NCBI GenBank assembly: GCA_020184695.1
Contig: JAANOX010000273.1
Coordinates: 248,001-312,000, forward strand
DNA length: 64,000 bases
Direction of reading: 5' to 3'
DNA from: Histomonas meleagridis 2922-C6/04-290x
Taxonomy: Eukaryota; Protista; Parabasalia
In this document: positions 44,941 to 57,600 of the stretch, piece after piece
Layout of the letters: every line of letters starts with the position of its first letter
Position numbering within the stretch: the stretch's first letter is position 1
Program-made: the position numbers and the translations under genes
Notes under the pieces: model-generated
Seen by the model: only the letters and a program-made list of their open reading frames with translations
The model's database searches: none
Told to the model about the DNA's origin: nothing

Positions 44941-45460
44941 AAGCTACTGCAATTAGATTTCCACCTGTCCTTTTGAAGACAATATTACAAAGTTGTTTTC
45001 TTTTAACAACTAATCCTGGAAGAATATATTGTGTTCTTAGAAAATCTTTGACTTCCTCTTGCCCTCGAGTAAATCTTCTTCTCCAAACCATATTGTTTTC
45101 CAAAGCGATAACTTTTGTCTTCTTTTTACTTCTTCCGTTTTGATAAAACGTATAAAGGATTATCTGTTTTGGAAAAAAATGAAATTTTAAATAATTAATT
45201 ATTTAAACTCGTAATTAATGTATCCAAATGGCTTCGACCTTGGCTATATTGGTGAAACAATCAATCAATTTCCTTCTTGAAATAAATGTATAGAGTGTGA
45301 AGGAATAAATATTTATCATACGTTTTTCCCAGTTAATTTTTTAAATAGATCTTTTCTATTTAATTAAATAGATCTTTTTTTATGCTATAATGATAGAAGT
45401 TGAGAATAAAGTCACTTTTTGAGCGAGGTTCAAAAAGTGACATCTACTTGTAATTTTGAA

Positions 45461-46045
45461 ATGACTCAACCTCAATATAGAGTTGTTTTAGTTGGAAGTT
45501 CTTGTGTAGGTAAAACAGCTATCATCACCCGCCGTGTGAAAGGTGAGAAACCTTCAAATTATTCAGAAACCATAGGTGCTGCATTTTTCACATACAAAGA
45601 AAAGATTGACGATGAAGAAGTTGAAATTCAAGTGTGGGACACTGCTGGACAAGAAAAGTATAGAGCACTTGGTCCAGTTTACTTTAGAAATGCAAACGCT
45701 GGTATTTTTGTTTATGATGTTACTGATCAAGAATCTTTTAATTCATTGCAATTTTGGATTACTTCCTTTCAAGAAACAGCTGGTGTTGATATACCAATTT
45801 TTATTGTAGGTAACAAAGTTGATCTTGAAGATAATATTGTTGTTGAGATATCAATGGGCCAAAAATTTGCACAAGACCACGGCTATTCCTTCTTTCCTAC
45901 CTCTGCTGTTACAGGCCGAAACATCAATTTTCTATTTCAAAAAGTTGCGGATACAGTTTATCACCAAGGTGACCAATTTGTCCACAAAAAGAACAACATC
46001 CAGCCGGGTTTACCTGAAGCCAATGACGAAACCAAATGCTGCTAA
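45461..46045 (+). CDS. Rab-family small GTPase (Rab5/21/22-like effector loop)
   Basis: GSSCVGKT, TIGAAF, WDTAGQE, NKVD, TSA and C-terminal CC. True ATG at 45461. Confidence 0.95.
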   Translation: MTQPQYRVVLVGSSCVGKTAIITRRVKGEKPSNYSETIGAAFFTYKEKIDDEEVEIQVWDTAGQEKYRALGPVYFRNANAGIFVYDVTDQESFNSLQFWITSFQETAGVDIPIFIVGNKVDLEDNIVVEISMGQKFAQDHGYSFFPTSAVTGRNINFLFQKVADTVYHQGDQFVHKKNNIQPGLPEANDETKCC

Positions 46046-46081
46046 TAAATTAATTTTTATAAAAATTTATTTTTTATTCTA

Positions 46082-48616
46082 TCAAACATCATCAACTTTA
46101 TTATCCTTTTCAGCGTTGAACTCCAACAACTGGAACATTTTCTCTACAGTTGGTAAATTCTTCCAGAAATCCAAACTTTCTTTATCCACGTTTGCCTTAA
46201 CGGCCTTTTCATTCAAATGATTTGTCAAATTTTTATTCAAATTTTCAAGCGATGGTTTGACGAATTGTTTTATGAACATTTCGCCTTCACTTGAAGGTAA
46301 TCTTTCGACTTCCAAATCTCTTGAAGCCAACAAATAAGCGTGAAAAATTATATTTCCCAATTCTACTGAGAAATGAGACAATGGTTGCATTAACCATATT
46401 ACGAGGATTACTAAAGAAAGTATCACAGGCATTTCGGAATTAGTTCTTTCCAAAAGAAGTGAAAAAGCTTTTTGTAAGAAACGAGTGTATTGTTTGAAGT
46501 CATTTTCATCGAGAGGCGGCATTAAAAATAAGTCGAATCCATTCGCGCCCAAATAATTTAAATGAATTGTTGGCGTTGCTAATTCGATATTTAACTTTGT
46601 ATCCCATTTCCCAAAATGTATATAATCTTCTTGAATTAAACTATAAACATTTTCGAAAGTTGGGATTTTCGTCATTTCGAAGTTGTCATTAACATTAATA
46701 TTACAATTTTCAAGTTCATCCACGAAATCATTTTTGATGATATTTAAAGCGTTTTTAATGACAACGCCAAAACGTGGCGAACGTCTTTCTCCATGATGTA
46801 AATAGAATTTAGGAGCGTAATTCTTGTTTTCATGTACCCATTTAATATCATTATGTAAATCAGCATATGACATAATGATTTGTATAGGTTTTAATGCTTC
46901 AATCCAAGAAATGTTATTATTTATAAAATAATTGTTTTTCATTTGATATGTTAAATATAATACACTAAAACCTAAACAACGAATAATTCGTGGATTCGAA
47001 ATTACTTCGGGTGCAAAAGGTAAACATTTTAATCCTAATCTATCAGCATCGGATATCATTTTCTTTTCGATTTTTGTATATTGTATATTACTATTTATGA
47101 AATGAAATTCATTTAAATTAATTTCAGATTTAATTTTCATTTCGTTATTATCATTTGTTAATATTACAGATATTTCTTTGTCTTTATTATTAATTAAATT
47201 AATTAATGTTTTATAAATCGATAATGAACTTTTTAATGTTAATGGAGTACTATTATCAAAACTAAATAAATCACCGCCAACATTAATATTATTATAATTC
47301 ATTTGACATATATTAATATCATTACTTTGCTTATTTGAAGCTTCACTTAAAATTTTTAATATTTTTAATGCTTCATATTCATTACTTGATTGTAATAATG
47401 ATAATGAATACATTAATAATGTATCAGCATCATTTTGTTTTAAGTTTAATGAGTTCTTATAATATAAAACAGAATTTTTATAATTCCCACATTCATACAT
47501 ATAATCGGCTGCTGTTCTATATAAAAAAAATGATGGCATTAATTCAAGAGCTTTCATCAAATGTGTTATCGATTCTTTAATATGACCTTGATCACGTCGA
47601 ATTAAATATGAGATATAATACGTACGATAATCAACGTTAGAATTGTTATTAAATGCACATGTTAATGAATGTGATGCATGTGGGATATCTCCAATTGCAT
47701 AAAAACATTCCGAAATTAACGTGAAGATCTTGCTGTCATAATATCGTTCAGGTACACTGCGGAAATCATTTAAAGCTAAAGTGAAATAGCGGCGAAGCAT
47801 TTGAAGTTTGGCACGTTCAATAATTGCTTCAAAATCATTCGGATTACGTGAGATAGCGGTGGACAAATCAATTATGGCACACGTGTATTGCCCTAATGAA
47901 GCATGTGCTATGGCACGATACTTACAGCACTCTGAAATGTCAATTTGTGAATCAATAACTATCGTCAAATCATCAATCGCTCGTTTCCATTGACCAACTA
48001 AGACAGACGCAATACCACGCCCACGGTACGCTTGAATGTTATGCTTGTTGTTGGATATAATCACATTAAAATGTGCAATGGAATGATTTAATGAATTATT
48101 TCGTAACTCTGAAAACGCATGTTGTGTATCACTGTCATCGTATATATGATGGGGATCAAATTCGTCAATAAAATTTAGAAAGTCATTGACTTTAAATTTA
48201 AATGAATATAAATGTGTGCGAAGATTATGATTACAAACTAAACATTGCATTAATGTATAATACGAAATGGGGCCTCCATAATCGAGCCCTTTTTGCAATG
48301 AATTTACAGAATTAAAATCATCACCAAGCCACAAATAAGCAACACCTTGGATTAAATAAGCAAAAGAAGTTGGCTCAATTTGAATAGCATAGTTGCAATC
48401 AGCTATAGAAGAAGATACCATTTGTATTGATAATTTAGCTAAAGCACGATTTAAATAGAATGCTACTTGCCTGTCTTTATTTTCTTCTGATTGGAGGTTG
48501 TCTGTATAAAATTCAATTGCATAGGATGCTTGATCACGTTCAATAAATTGTTTTAATTTTTCGATTGAAGATACCTCCATCTGAAAATTGACTATGTTTG
48601 TTTCAATTTCAATCAT
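46082..48616 (-). CDS. TPR protein, TTC13/SRFR1-like
   Basis: Intact 844-aa ORF with multiple TPR repeats. C-terminal motifs (RIIRCLGFSVL, GFDLFLMPP, WLMQPLSHFS) resemble the TTC13/SRFR1 family. Confidence 0.7.
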   Translation of the reverse strand: MIEIETNIVNFQMEVSSIEKLKQFIERDQASYAIEFYTDNLQSEENKDRQVAFYLNRALAKLSIQMVSSSIADCNYAIQIEPTSFAYLIQGVAYLWLGDDFNSVNSLQKGLDYGGPISYYTLMQCLVCNHNLRTHLYSFKFKVNDFLNFIDEFDPHHIYDDSDTQHAFSELRNNSLNHSIAHFNVIISNNKHNIQAYRGRGIASVLVGQWKRAIDDLTIVIDSQIDISECCKYRAIAHASLGQYTCAIIDLSTAISRNPNDFEAIIERAKLQMLRRYFTLALNDFRSVPERYYDSKIFTLISECFYAIGDIPHASHSLTCAFNNNSNVDYRTYYISYLIRRDQGHIKESITHLMKALELMPSFFLYRTAADYMYECGNYKNSVLYYKNSLNLKQNDADTLLMYSLSLLQSSNEYEALKILKILSEASNKQSNDINICQMNYNNINVGGDLFSFDNSTPLTLKSSLSIYKTLINLINNKDKEISVILTNDNNEMKIKSEINLNEFHFINSNIQYTKIEKKMISDADRLGLKCLPFAPEVISNPRIIRCLGFSVLYLTYQMKNNYFINNNISWIEALKPIQIIMSYADLHNDIKWVHENKNYAPKFYLHHGERRSPRFGVVIKNALNIIKNDFVDELENCNINVNDNFEMTKIPTFENVYSLIQEDYIHFGKWDTKLNIELATPTIHLNYLGANGFDLFLMPPLDENDFKQYTRFLQKAFSLLLERTNSEMPVILSLVILVIWLMQPLSHFSVELGNIIFHAYLLASRDLEVERLPSSEGEMFIKQFVKPSLENLNKNLTNHLNEKAVKANVDKESLDFWKNLPTVEKMFQLLEFNAEKDNKVDDV

Positions 48617-48959
48617 TGTAAAAGTTTGGAAGAAATACCAAGGAATTTCAGGGTTAATTTAAGTTAAGTATACTTATCTCAATGAATAAAGGATATTTCG
48701 AAAATCTGTCTTCCCTTATCACAAAAATCTCCATATAAGCCAAAAAAATTCGTTTTTATCACTAAATAAGGCAATATACACACATAGTTTCATTTCTCAT
48801 TTTATCTCTCTCTTTCATACATCTGTGATTTACTTAATTATTTTTTGTATTTTTGCCTATTTTGTTTAATTTTTTAGTATCAAAGTAGGTTGATAAATTT
48901 CTTTGAAAAATTTAAATATGAAAACGTTAATTTTTTCTTAAATACTAGATTTATCTTCA

Positions 48960-49634
48960 TTGGCGGTTTTAACACCACAGATGATTGGTCCAGATCAAAT
49001 TTCATACAAGACGAAAGTCGAAAGACAACTTTACATTCGTATTCACCGCCTACCTAAACCCACATTAGTTTCAAACTTTGTCACCAATAAAGTATTGGTT
49101 ACATCACCAGTTGGATTTAATGTTGAGTTCATTAAACAATATCTTTCCCAATTTGGCAAGGTCGTAAGCACCAAATTCCAACCAAGTAATACCAAACTTA
49201 TAGTTACGTATTATGACGTCAGATCAGCAGCACAACTTGTTTACTATGGTCCTGATTTTGAAATAAGTGGCTACAAGCTTCGTTATAGTTTTGTTGATCT
49301 GTCTTCACATGAAACTCTCGAAAAGAATTGCTTTTCTGTTTATATAAAATCCCCAGATGAAAAAGTCAATTTGAACTTAACAAAAGAAGAAATAACTAGT
49401 GCCATGAAATCCGTCGGTGAGGTACGACAAATTGTACCAATTAATCATAATGAATTTATCATTCAATTTTACGATCTCAGAGCAGTAAAACGTTTCTATG
49501 AAGACAGTAATTTTATAATCGGAAGTGTGAACTGTTGTGTCACTCCGGTATCAGATAAATTCTTATATTGTCCCAATAATGATTCCAATAATGAGATCAT
49601 TACTGGTGAAACAAAACTAAAGTGGGTAAATTAA
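48960..49634 (+). CDS. Two-RRM RNA-binding protein, Mei2-like RRMs
   Basis: IVTYYDVRSA and FIIQFYDLRA motifs; the true start is probably a later ATG. Confidence 0.7.
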   Translation: MAVLTPQMIGPDQISYKTKVERQLYIRIHRLPKPTLVSNFVTNKVLVTSPVGFNVEFIKQYLSQFGKVVSTKFQPSNTKLIVTYYDVRSAAQLVYYGPDFEISGYKLRYSFVDLSSHETLEKNCFSVYIKSPDEKVNLNLTKEEITSAMKSVGEVRQIVPINHNEFIIQFYDLRAVKRFYEDSNFIIGSVNCCVTPVSDKFLYCPNNDSNNEIITGETKLKWVN

Positions 49635-49740
49635 AGGAATATGTGTTTTGGTAGCAGGTTGGTAACTGTAATTTATCATCTTGTCAATAAAACAATGTTT
49701 AAATTGAATTTACAAAACATGTTTATTATATTTTAAAATT

Positions 49741-50187
49741 TTATGAATCTTGTGATTCACTTGGTTGATTTTGTGTTTCTGGTTCTTGCAGATCTTGTGA
49801 GTCATTTTCTTGTGATATTGGTAAATCTTTGGAATTTATGGTTGTAATTATGGTACCTGAGGGGACTAGCTGCCTTCTCATGGCTTTCCTTTTCAAACAG
49901 TAATTTATGATTAGCATTGGTATAAAAGATAATATTCCAATAATAGGTGCAACAACACTAAGGATAATTGCTCCTTGAGCTAATTTATCTACAGCAATTA
50001 TGTCAGATGATATAGAGTCTATTATTTTCATTTCAAGTGTTGGCGCAGGAGATGATGATGGAATTATTATATTACTATTTTTGCGTAAGGTGGTTTGAGG
50101 CCTATTCCACTGTCTCTTCATATCTGATCTGGTTGGTTTATTTTCATTTGAGCTTATTTTGAGGAAAAAAACCAAAATAGGCAACAT
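49741..50187 (-). CDS. Small single-pass membrane protein
   Basis: Hydrophobic N-terminus, TM segment GAIILSVVAPIIGILSFIPMLIINYCL followed by KRK. Confidence 0.65.
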   Translation of the reverse strand: MLPILVFFLKISSNENKPTRSDMKRQWNRPQTTLRKNSNIIIPSSSPAPTLEMKIIDSISSDIIAVDKLAQGAIILSVVAPIIGILSFIPMLIINYCLKRKAMRRQLVPSGTIITTINSKDLPISQENDSQDLQEPETQNQPSESQDS

Positions 50188-50569
50188 TGTAAGGAATTCT
50201 CAAATGTTTCATTCAATTTTTTTAATGAAATAAATGATCGTCGCCAAAACGATAGGAAAGTGACAGGTGAATTTCGGAGAAGAAGGACAACATCTCAAGA
50301 AGTTAAATAATATAAACTAGTGATGGAATTTTCATTGTCGGATTGTTGAGAGTAATAAATATCATTCTTATACAAAATTTTTTGCTTATCTAATTTTTAT
50401 TCAAAAGATTTAATAATATATATAATATTAATGTTTAAAAAAGTTGGTAGATTTTGATTATAACTTTTTAACATATTATAAAAACAATCTTGATGCAGTA
50501 CAATTGTACATTTTATTCGCATATTTCTCTTCAACAATTGTAAAAAAATCAATGAAGTTTCGCTTTTTC

Positions 50570-51200
50570 AATATATGACAATCGAAACCTTTCGTTTCAT
50601 GAATACTCAACACTTTATGCTTCTTTTAAAATATAGAAATTCAATACTTTATACAGGGATAAAATAATTTCCAATGTTGTCCGTCCATAACAATTTAGAA
50701 ATGCAAGTGATGCATATGTTTCATCTTTAGAAGGTCTTATTGTTGGCGGTACTGGTAAAACTGTTCAAATAGATGATACTTTAATGTGCCGAAGAAAATA
50801 TAATGTTTAACGAGGTTTAAATCAAGTGTGGATCTTTTGGGGAATTTGCGTTGAAGATAGACAAATTTTTTGTTTTGTTGTACCTGATCGAACAAGAGAA
50901 ACATTAGAAGAAGAGATTCGTAATCATATATTACCCAAAACAAAAATAATTTCTTATTGCTGAAAAGCATATGACTTTCTTGATGATGACAATGATTACG
51001 AGCATGAAACTGTGAATCATTCATGTAATTTTGTTGATCCTGAAACTAAAGCGCACAAACAAATGATAGAAAGACTTTGGAGGGAACTTAAAAAAATTAA
51101 TAAAAGATATGAAGGAATCCCAGAAAACAAAGTCAATGAAAACAAAGTCATATATCAGAATCAATGTGGAGATGGAATGTTGTTCACAATCAAAATCAAA
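50570..51200 (+). pseudogene. Merlin/ISXO2 (IS1595-like) transposase fragment
   Basis: GGTGKTVQIDDT..RRKY, VPDRTRETL..I..HILP and HETVNHS.NFVDPET.AH.Q.IERLW, with in-frame stops. Confidence 0.8.
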
Positions 51201-52389
51201 TGTTTAGGGCCGCAGTTCAATTAATTGCAAACACAAAGTTTACAAAAGTAATTGATTGCAATGAAGAAGAAGAAATATTGGAAAGAGTAAAAATCCATTT
51301 CTTTGCGTGAATCTTGAGACTATTTGCTTCTATGGTAAGAATAAACCATCATCTGACAATACAGCACATGAAAATCCATATAAGTAACAAATGAATATAT
51401 ATTCACAGAAATAATTGTTGAAAAAAGGAATGTAATGAGTAATATGTGTCAAATAAGTCATAGTAATGGTTTAAAACTTCGTTTAAACTTAAACTGGAAT
51501 GATATTACAGAATCATTATTGAATTCGGTTCATTGATATTTATCTTAAATAAAATTATATTTTGAATTATATTTTCTTGTGCTGAATGGAGTTGTGCTAT
51601 GTTATATCATGCTCACATATTATACCTTATATGTTATTATGTTCTTATATGTTATATCATGCGCATTGTTAGATCAATTTCATTTACATTTATTCGGTTT
51701 TAAGAATGTTATCTCTCGTTATTTTGTGCTTTTTTATATAATTTCTCTTATTATCTTTTATGCTAATAATGTTTTTATCACATATTATAATATGAGTGTA
51801 TTGGATTATAATAATAATAAATCGATTAAATAAAAAAATTTTCTCTTGAAAAATGTTATAATATTAGAATGATATTTGAATCCGCTGCGTTTTTTGATAT
51901 TTCCGTATCATTTTCTATGGTTTACATAAATTCAGCACGTTTGGGTCTGACCAGTTTGTATGAATTTTGAATTAGAATGTGGTACATCAGAGACTGATTA
52001 ATATAATAATGAGGAGTAAGAATTGTTTTGAATCAAAGGACAGTGAAATAGCAACTCTCAAAAGAGAATTAAGAAACCTAAAAGCGCAATTAAGCAATAC
52101 AAAAAAAAAAAAAAAATCGTAAACATTTTTACTATTAAATGTAATAAATTTCAAAATGAATTAAGACGAAAACGAGAAATATATAAAAAAATAGTAACAG
52201 TCTCAAATTACTCGATTATTTTTTTTGTTCTCACATTTAAACTCAATCAAAAATGGAAGTTTTGACCGAGAATCAATTTTTAATTTCGAGAAAATTTTTA
52301 ATTTTTAAATACTTGAGTAATACGCTTCGAAGCGTATAAAGAGCTTCCATTAATGATAATGAAAATGATTTTATAAAATTCTCTTAAAT

Positions 52390-53015
52390 TATGATTTCAA
52401 AATCAGTAGTAGTAGACAATATTTATCTTCAGAATATGGTGAATTTCATTGTTCAAAAGGTGGAAGAAGTAAAAAAAATAAAACAAATAAATCAGATTGT
52501 AATTGGAAATTAGAAACCTCAATAATTAATGATAATGGAATAGAGTATGTTGGAGTGATATTGTATACTTATATGTGTTCACAGCATTATCATGAAACAA
52601 GACCAATTATAACAGCTAATAAACATACAATGAATTGAACAAAAAAAATTATAGATAAATTATCTAATGAAGTAATAACATCTTATCAAATAAATGATAT
52701 TCTAGAACAACAAAAAATTGCAACACTAACAACACAACAGATTTCAACTTTTGCATATCGAAAAAAACTTAATGAATTTGGAATCCAATCAAGATAAAAT
52801 TAATTATGTATAAAAATAGAATAAAGCATATTTTGTAAATGAAATAACATACGTAAAAAAAGTTAAACTAATAGCTATTTTAATTATTATTGATGATGAA
52901 ATTGATAATTTGATCAATTATGGAGATGTGTTATATATAGATGGAACACAAGTGAACAATGATTTAAACTGGGAAGTTATACCAATTACAGGTATTACAA
53001 GAGAGATGACAAGAT
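52390..53015 (+). pseudogene. MULE/FAR1-type transposase N-terminal fragment
   Basis: EFHCSKGG...SDCNWKL...H, then VLYIDGT....LNWEVIPI; truncated after the first catalytic D. Confidence 0.6.
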
Positions 53016-53021
53016 ATTTTA

Positions 53022-53976
53022 TCAATCATCTTTTATTAAATTTGCTATTAATTTCATATTATTTGTTTTTAATATTGCACTAAATGTTAAAGCTATATGT
53101 TTATATAAAGCACTAGCATTATCAGTATTAAGTTCAGTATCTCTTGTAATTATTTTTGATGTTTCTTCATTAACTTCAGGATAATGTGCTGGTGTTTCAC
53201 TATTGTTATTATTAATAATAACTTTACAATTAGCACTAGAACTATTATGTTCAGTATTATTCTTCCCTACATGGGGTGAGAAATCACTAATCTTAATCAT
53301 AAAAAAACAATGATTTTATAAATTTGTGTTTATTAACTTACTGACCTTCTAGTGCAATAGGTACATCAATTTATATTTTTACATAATTTTTGATTTCGGC
53401 AACCAATTTTTTTTAATATTAGGGTCATTTATCATATCAGTTACAACTTTTTTACAAGCAGTTGAATAATAACTTTCACCTGTCTCTGGCATTTTATTTT
53501 TTTTTACCTGTTGCAATATCTGGAATATTATGTTGTTGTAATATAACTTCTACTGTAGGAATAATCATTGATTTAAATAGTGCAGATAATAGTTGAAGCA
53601 TTGGACAATAACCTTTAATTTTTGCAAGATATTAACTATTATTTATAAAACTATCAGTGAATTCAGAATATGCATCTTTAACGAGTAAACTAGTAAATAC
53701 TGCATTTGCTGACCTTCTTCTTGGAGTACTATGTAATTTATATATATTCATAACACCAGTATATCTATAAAAGTTATCATTAGCCGTTTTAACTGCTGCC
53801 CTAAAGTCATCATATGCAGAATTATATGTAACAATTGGATCATCAAATGGTTTTGGATAACTTACTTCTCTTACTTCACTATTTAACCATTCATTGAAAG
53901 ATTTAATCTCATTTCCATCTGCTACATATTGTTTTCTTTTTGTAGGATTACCATACTTCGATTGTAAATATTCCAT
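53022..53976 (-). pseudogene. Unidentified degraded ORF fragments
   Basis: ORFs 53632-53976 and 53022-53300 have protein-like composition, with interrupted frames between them. Confidence 0.35.
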
Positions 53977-54660
53977 ATATGCTACTTGATAAGGATCTTG
54001 TTTTTTGACTGTCCATCCATATGTTTGTGCATCTCTAACTTTTCTAAGGGAAGTCTAATTTTATACCCTAAACATACACACTTTTGGACGGTTATCGACT
54101 CAATTTTTGACTTTTTGAACTGTAGTATAATTACAACAAGAAAAAAATCAAAAATTTTAAAATTAAAAAATTCTCGAAAAAATTAAATTATTTATTTCAA
54201 AATAATAATATCAAAAACATAATATATATAAGTAGAAAATATATTTTATGGCATATAATGAAGAAAAAATAATTTTTGATGTAATTAATGCAGATCAAAA
54301 AAAGTAAAAAAATTTTAAATAATAAATATCATAATCAAATTTTCCATATGTTAAAACATATGGTGGTATATTATTTTTATTAAAATATTCTATGTATATG
54401 ATTTTATTTGAAAAATTTTTCTTTTTCATGATGCCATTTTTGAATGAGTATTCAAATTACTAGAAATTGTGAGAAAATATCACCTATTCAATTTTTTTTG
54501 GATACTTCCTATTTTCGTCAGGATAATTCTGGTAAAATATAAAATGTCAGATCAACAAAAAAAAATACTTGAATTTTGGAAGCAAATAATGATTTAATTT
54601 CAATTTTATATTAATAACTTTTGTTTATTTAACACACTTTATAAAATGTAATGTATAACA

Positions 54661-56109
54661 TACATTATACATTATACATTATACATTATACATTATACAT
54701 TATACATTATACATTATACATTATACATTATACATTATACATTATACATTATACATTATCCATTATACATTATACATTATACATTATACATTATCCATTA
54801 TCCATTATCCATTATCCATTATACATTATCCATTATCCATTATACATTATACATTATACATTATACATTATCCATTATCCATTATCCATTATACATTATC
54901 CATTATCCATTATACATTATACATTATACATTATCCATTATACATTATCCATTATACATTATACATTATCCATTATACATTATACATTATACATTATACA
55001 TTATACATTATACATTATACATTATACATTATACATTATACATTATACATTATACATTATACATTATCCATTATCCATTATCCATTATCCATTATCCATT
55101 ATCCATTATCCATTATCCATTATCCATTATCCATTATCCATTATCCATTATCCATTATCCATTATCCATTATCCATTATCCATTATCCATTATCCATTAT
55201 ACATTATACATTATACATTATACATTATACATTATACATTATACATTATACATTATACATTATACATTATACATTATACATTATCCATTATCCATTATCC
55301 ATTATCCATTATCCATTATACATTATACATTATACATTATACATTATACATTATACATTATACATTATACATTATACATTATACATTATACATTATACAT
55401 TATCCATTATCCATTATCCATTATCCATTATCCATTATCCATTATCCATTATACATTATACATTATACATTATACATTATACATTATACATTATACATTA
55501 TACATTATACATTATACATTATACATTATACATTATACATTATACATTATCCATTATACATTATCCATTATCCATTATACATTATACATTATACATTATC
55601 CATTATACATTATACATTATACATTATACATTATACATTATACATTATACATTATACATTATACATTATACATTATACATTATACATTATACATTATACA
55701 TTATACATTATACATTATACATTATACATTATACATTATCCATTATCCATTATCCATTATCCATTATCCATTATCCATTATCCATTATCCATTATCCATT
55801 ATACATTATACATTATACATTATACATTATACATTATCCATTATCCATTATCCATTATCCATTATCCATTATACATTATACATTATACATTATACATTAT
55901 ACATTATACATTATACATTATACATTATACATTATACATTATACATTATACATTATACATTATACATTATACATTATACATTATACATTATACATTATAC
56001 ATTATACATTATACATTATACATTATACATTATACATTATACATTATACATTATACATTATACATTATACATTATACATTATACATTATACATTATACAT
56101 TATACATTA
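54661..56109. repeat. 7-bp tandem satellite (TACATTA / TCCATTA), ~207 units
   Basis: Directly visible; two unit variants arranged in blocks. Confidence 0.99.
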
Positions 56110-56167
56110 ATTTAATACTAAAATGATTAATTTTTTGCATTGTTTAAATTTTACTCGAATTTTTCGA

Positions 56168-57600
56168 TTATTCCACCTTTCCTGGTTTTTTAGATCTTTC
56201 CATTTTTCTTACTTCTCTCTCCATGTGTACTTTTATAATAAAAGGATCTTTCCATCTTCCTTTACAATTCGGAATTCTTCTCATTATGGGTTTTTTGATT
56301 TTTTCATCTTTCGCATTTTTGTACTTTATTAAAAGATCTTCAGGAATTACTGGTGGACAATTTCCTTTAGATTTTTTATTCATCGATAATATCTTTTTTT
56401 ATTAAACATTGGCACTGTTATATTTATATCTCTGAATTCTAATTGATCTTCTTTGATGCCAAAATCGAATGTATTTTCATATTGTAATGCTTGCTGGAAA
56501 ATTTTATATTTTTTCTTTAAATTATTCAAATTTAAAATGAATGTCATATTTTGATTATGTAATGATTCTTCCTTATATTTACTTCTAATATTGTTTTCTC
56601 TTTGATAATTAAGATACCTGTTTTTTAATGAATTTTCTAGTGTTTGTATGTGAATAAAAGATTCATGAAGTGATGGTTTTGATGTATTAATGTAATTTTT
56701 TAATTTTTTATTAAAACTCTCATTTGTAACTCTTTCTTTTAATGGTTTTCCAGTACAGTTCCAATAGTTTATAGGAAATGTTTTCGTATAAGTTTCACAA
56801 AAATAATCAATAAAATTATTCAAACTTTCATTAATACCATTGAGTCGAGGAAGAAAATATATAAATTGTGATGCAGGATTAATATCTATAAGTAGAAGTA
56901 ATTTAATAATTTTAAGTAAATCAATTCCTATTTCATTTTGTTCTTATTTGAATGTAACTTCATATTTTTCTAATGTTTGCGTGAAATGAAAATAACACAA
57001 TTGTGAATAAGAATTATTTCGCATTAAATTGTTAATAATTGCATTAATTAATGCTTGTTCAAAATCACATATAAATTTCACATCTTCCATAAAATTATAA
57101 CCAAATCTTTGTAAACAATTTGAATAAAAAGTAAATGATAAATTATAGGTACTTTCTTTTTTACCCGGGAGTATCAGATAATATAATGGAAGATTCATAT
57201 ATATTGTCCTTTAAATAAAAATAATTAATTGATAAGAATTTTCTGGAGAAACTTTGCATGTACCATCTATTCCGATAATACTTGATTCAGGTACTCTTTG
57301 TAACATAAAATCTGATGCAAAACCTGAAATTGTTTGATTATTTTCAATTGACATTTCAAATAAAAAAATCTATCCCGATTTATCGTCTTCCGAAAATCTG
57401 ATCGTTCACGATATTGACGATTAAGTTCATATACAAAATTATGAACTTTTTTGTAATCTATTATATTCTTTATTACACCGAAAGGGGTTTTTGTTTCAAT
57501 CCATTTTAAAATTTTTTCAAATAGAATTGTTGGTGCTCTTTGATATTTGTTTTTGTTGAAGCACCTAATAATATTTGCTTGAACTTGTTCTTCAGTAAAA
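56168..57600 (-). pseudogene. MULE transposase (degenerate)
   Basis: IGIDGTCKVSP, CDFEQALINA, LCYFHFTQ (CxxH) and VTNESFN. Confidence 0.8.

Noticed and set aside
54661-56109. CRISPR-like array
   Set aside because: Contiguous 7-mers with no unique spacers and no cas genes; no CRISPR array anywhere in the window.
54651-56126. 491-aa ORF (IIHYTLY repeats)
   Set aside because: Translation of the 7-bp satellite, which lacks stops in that frame; no sign of a real gene.
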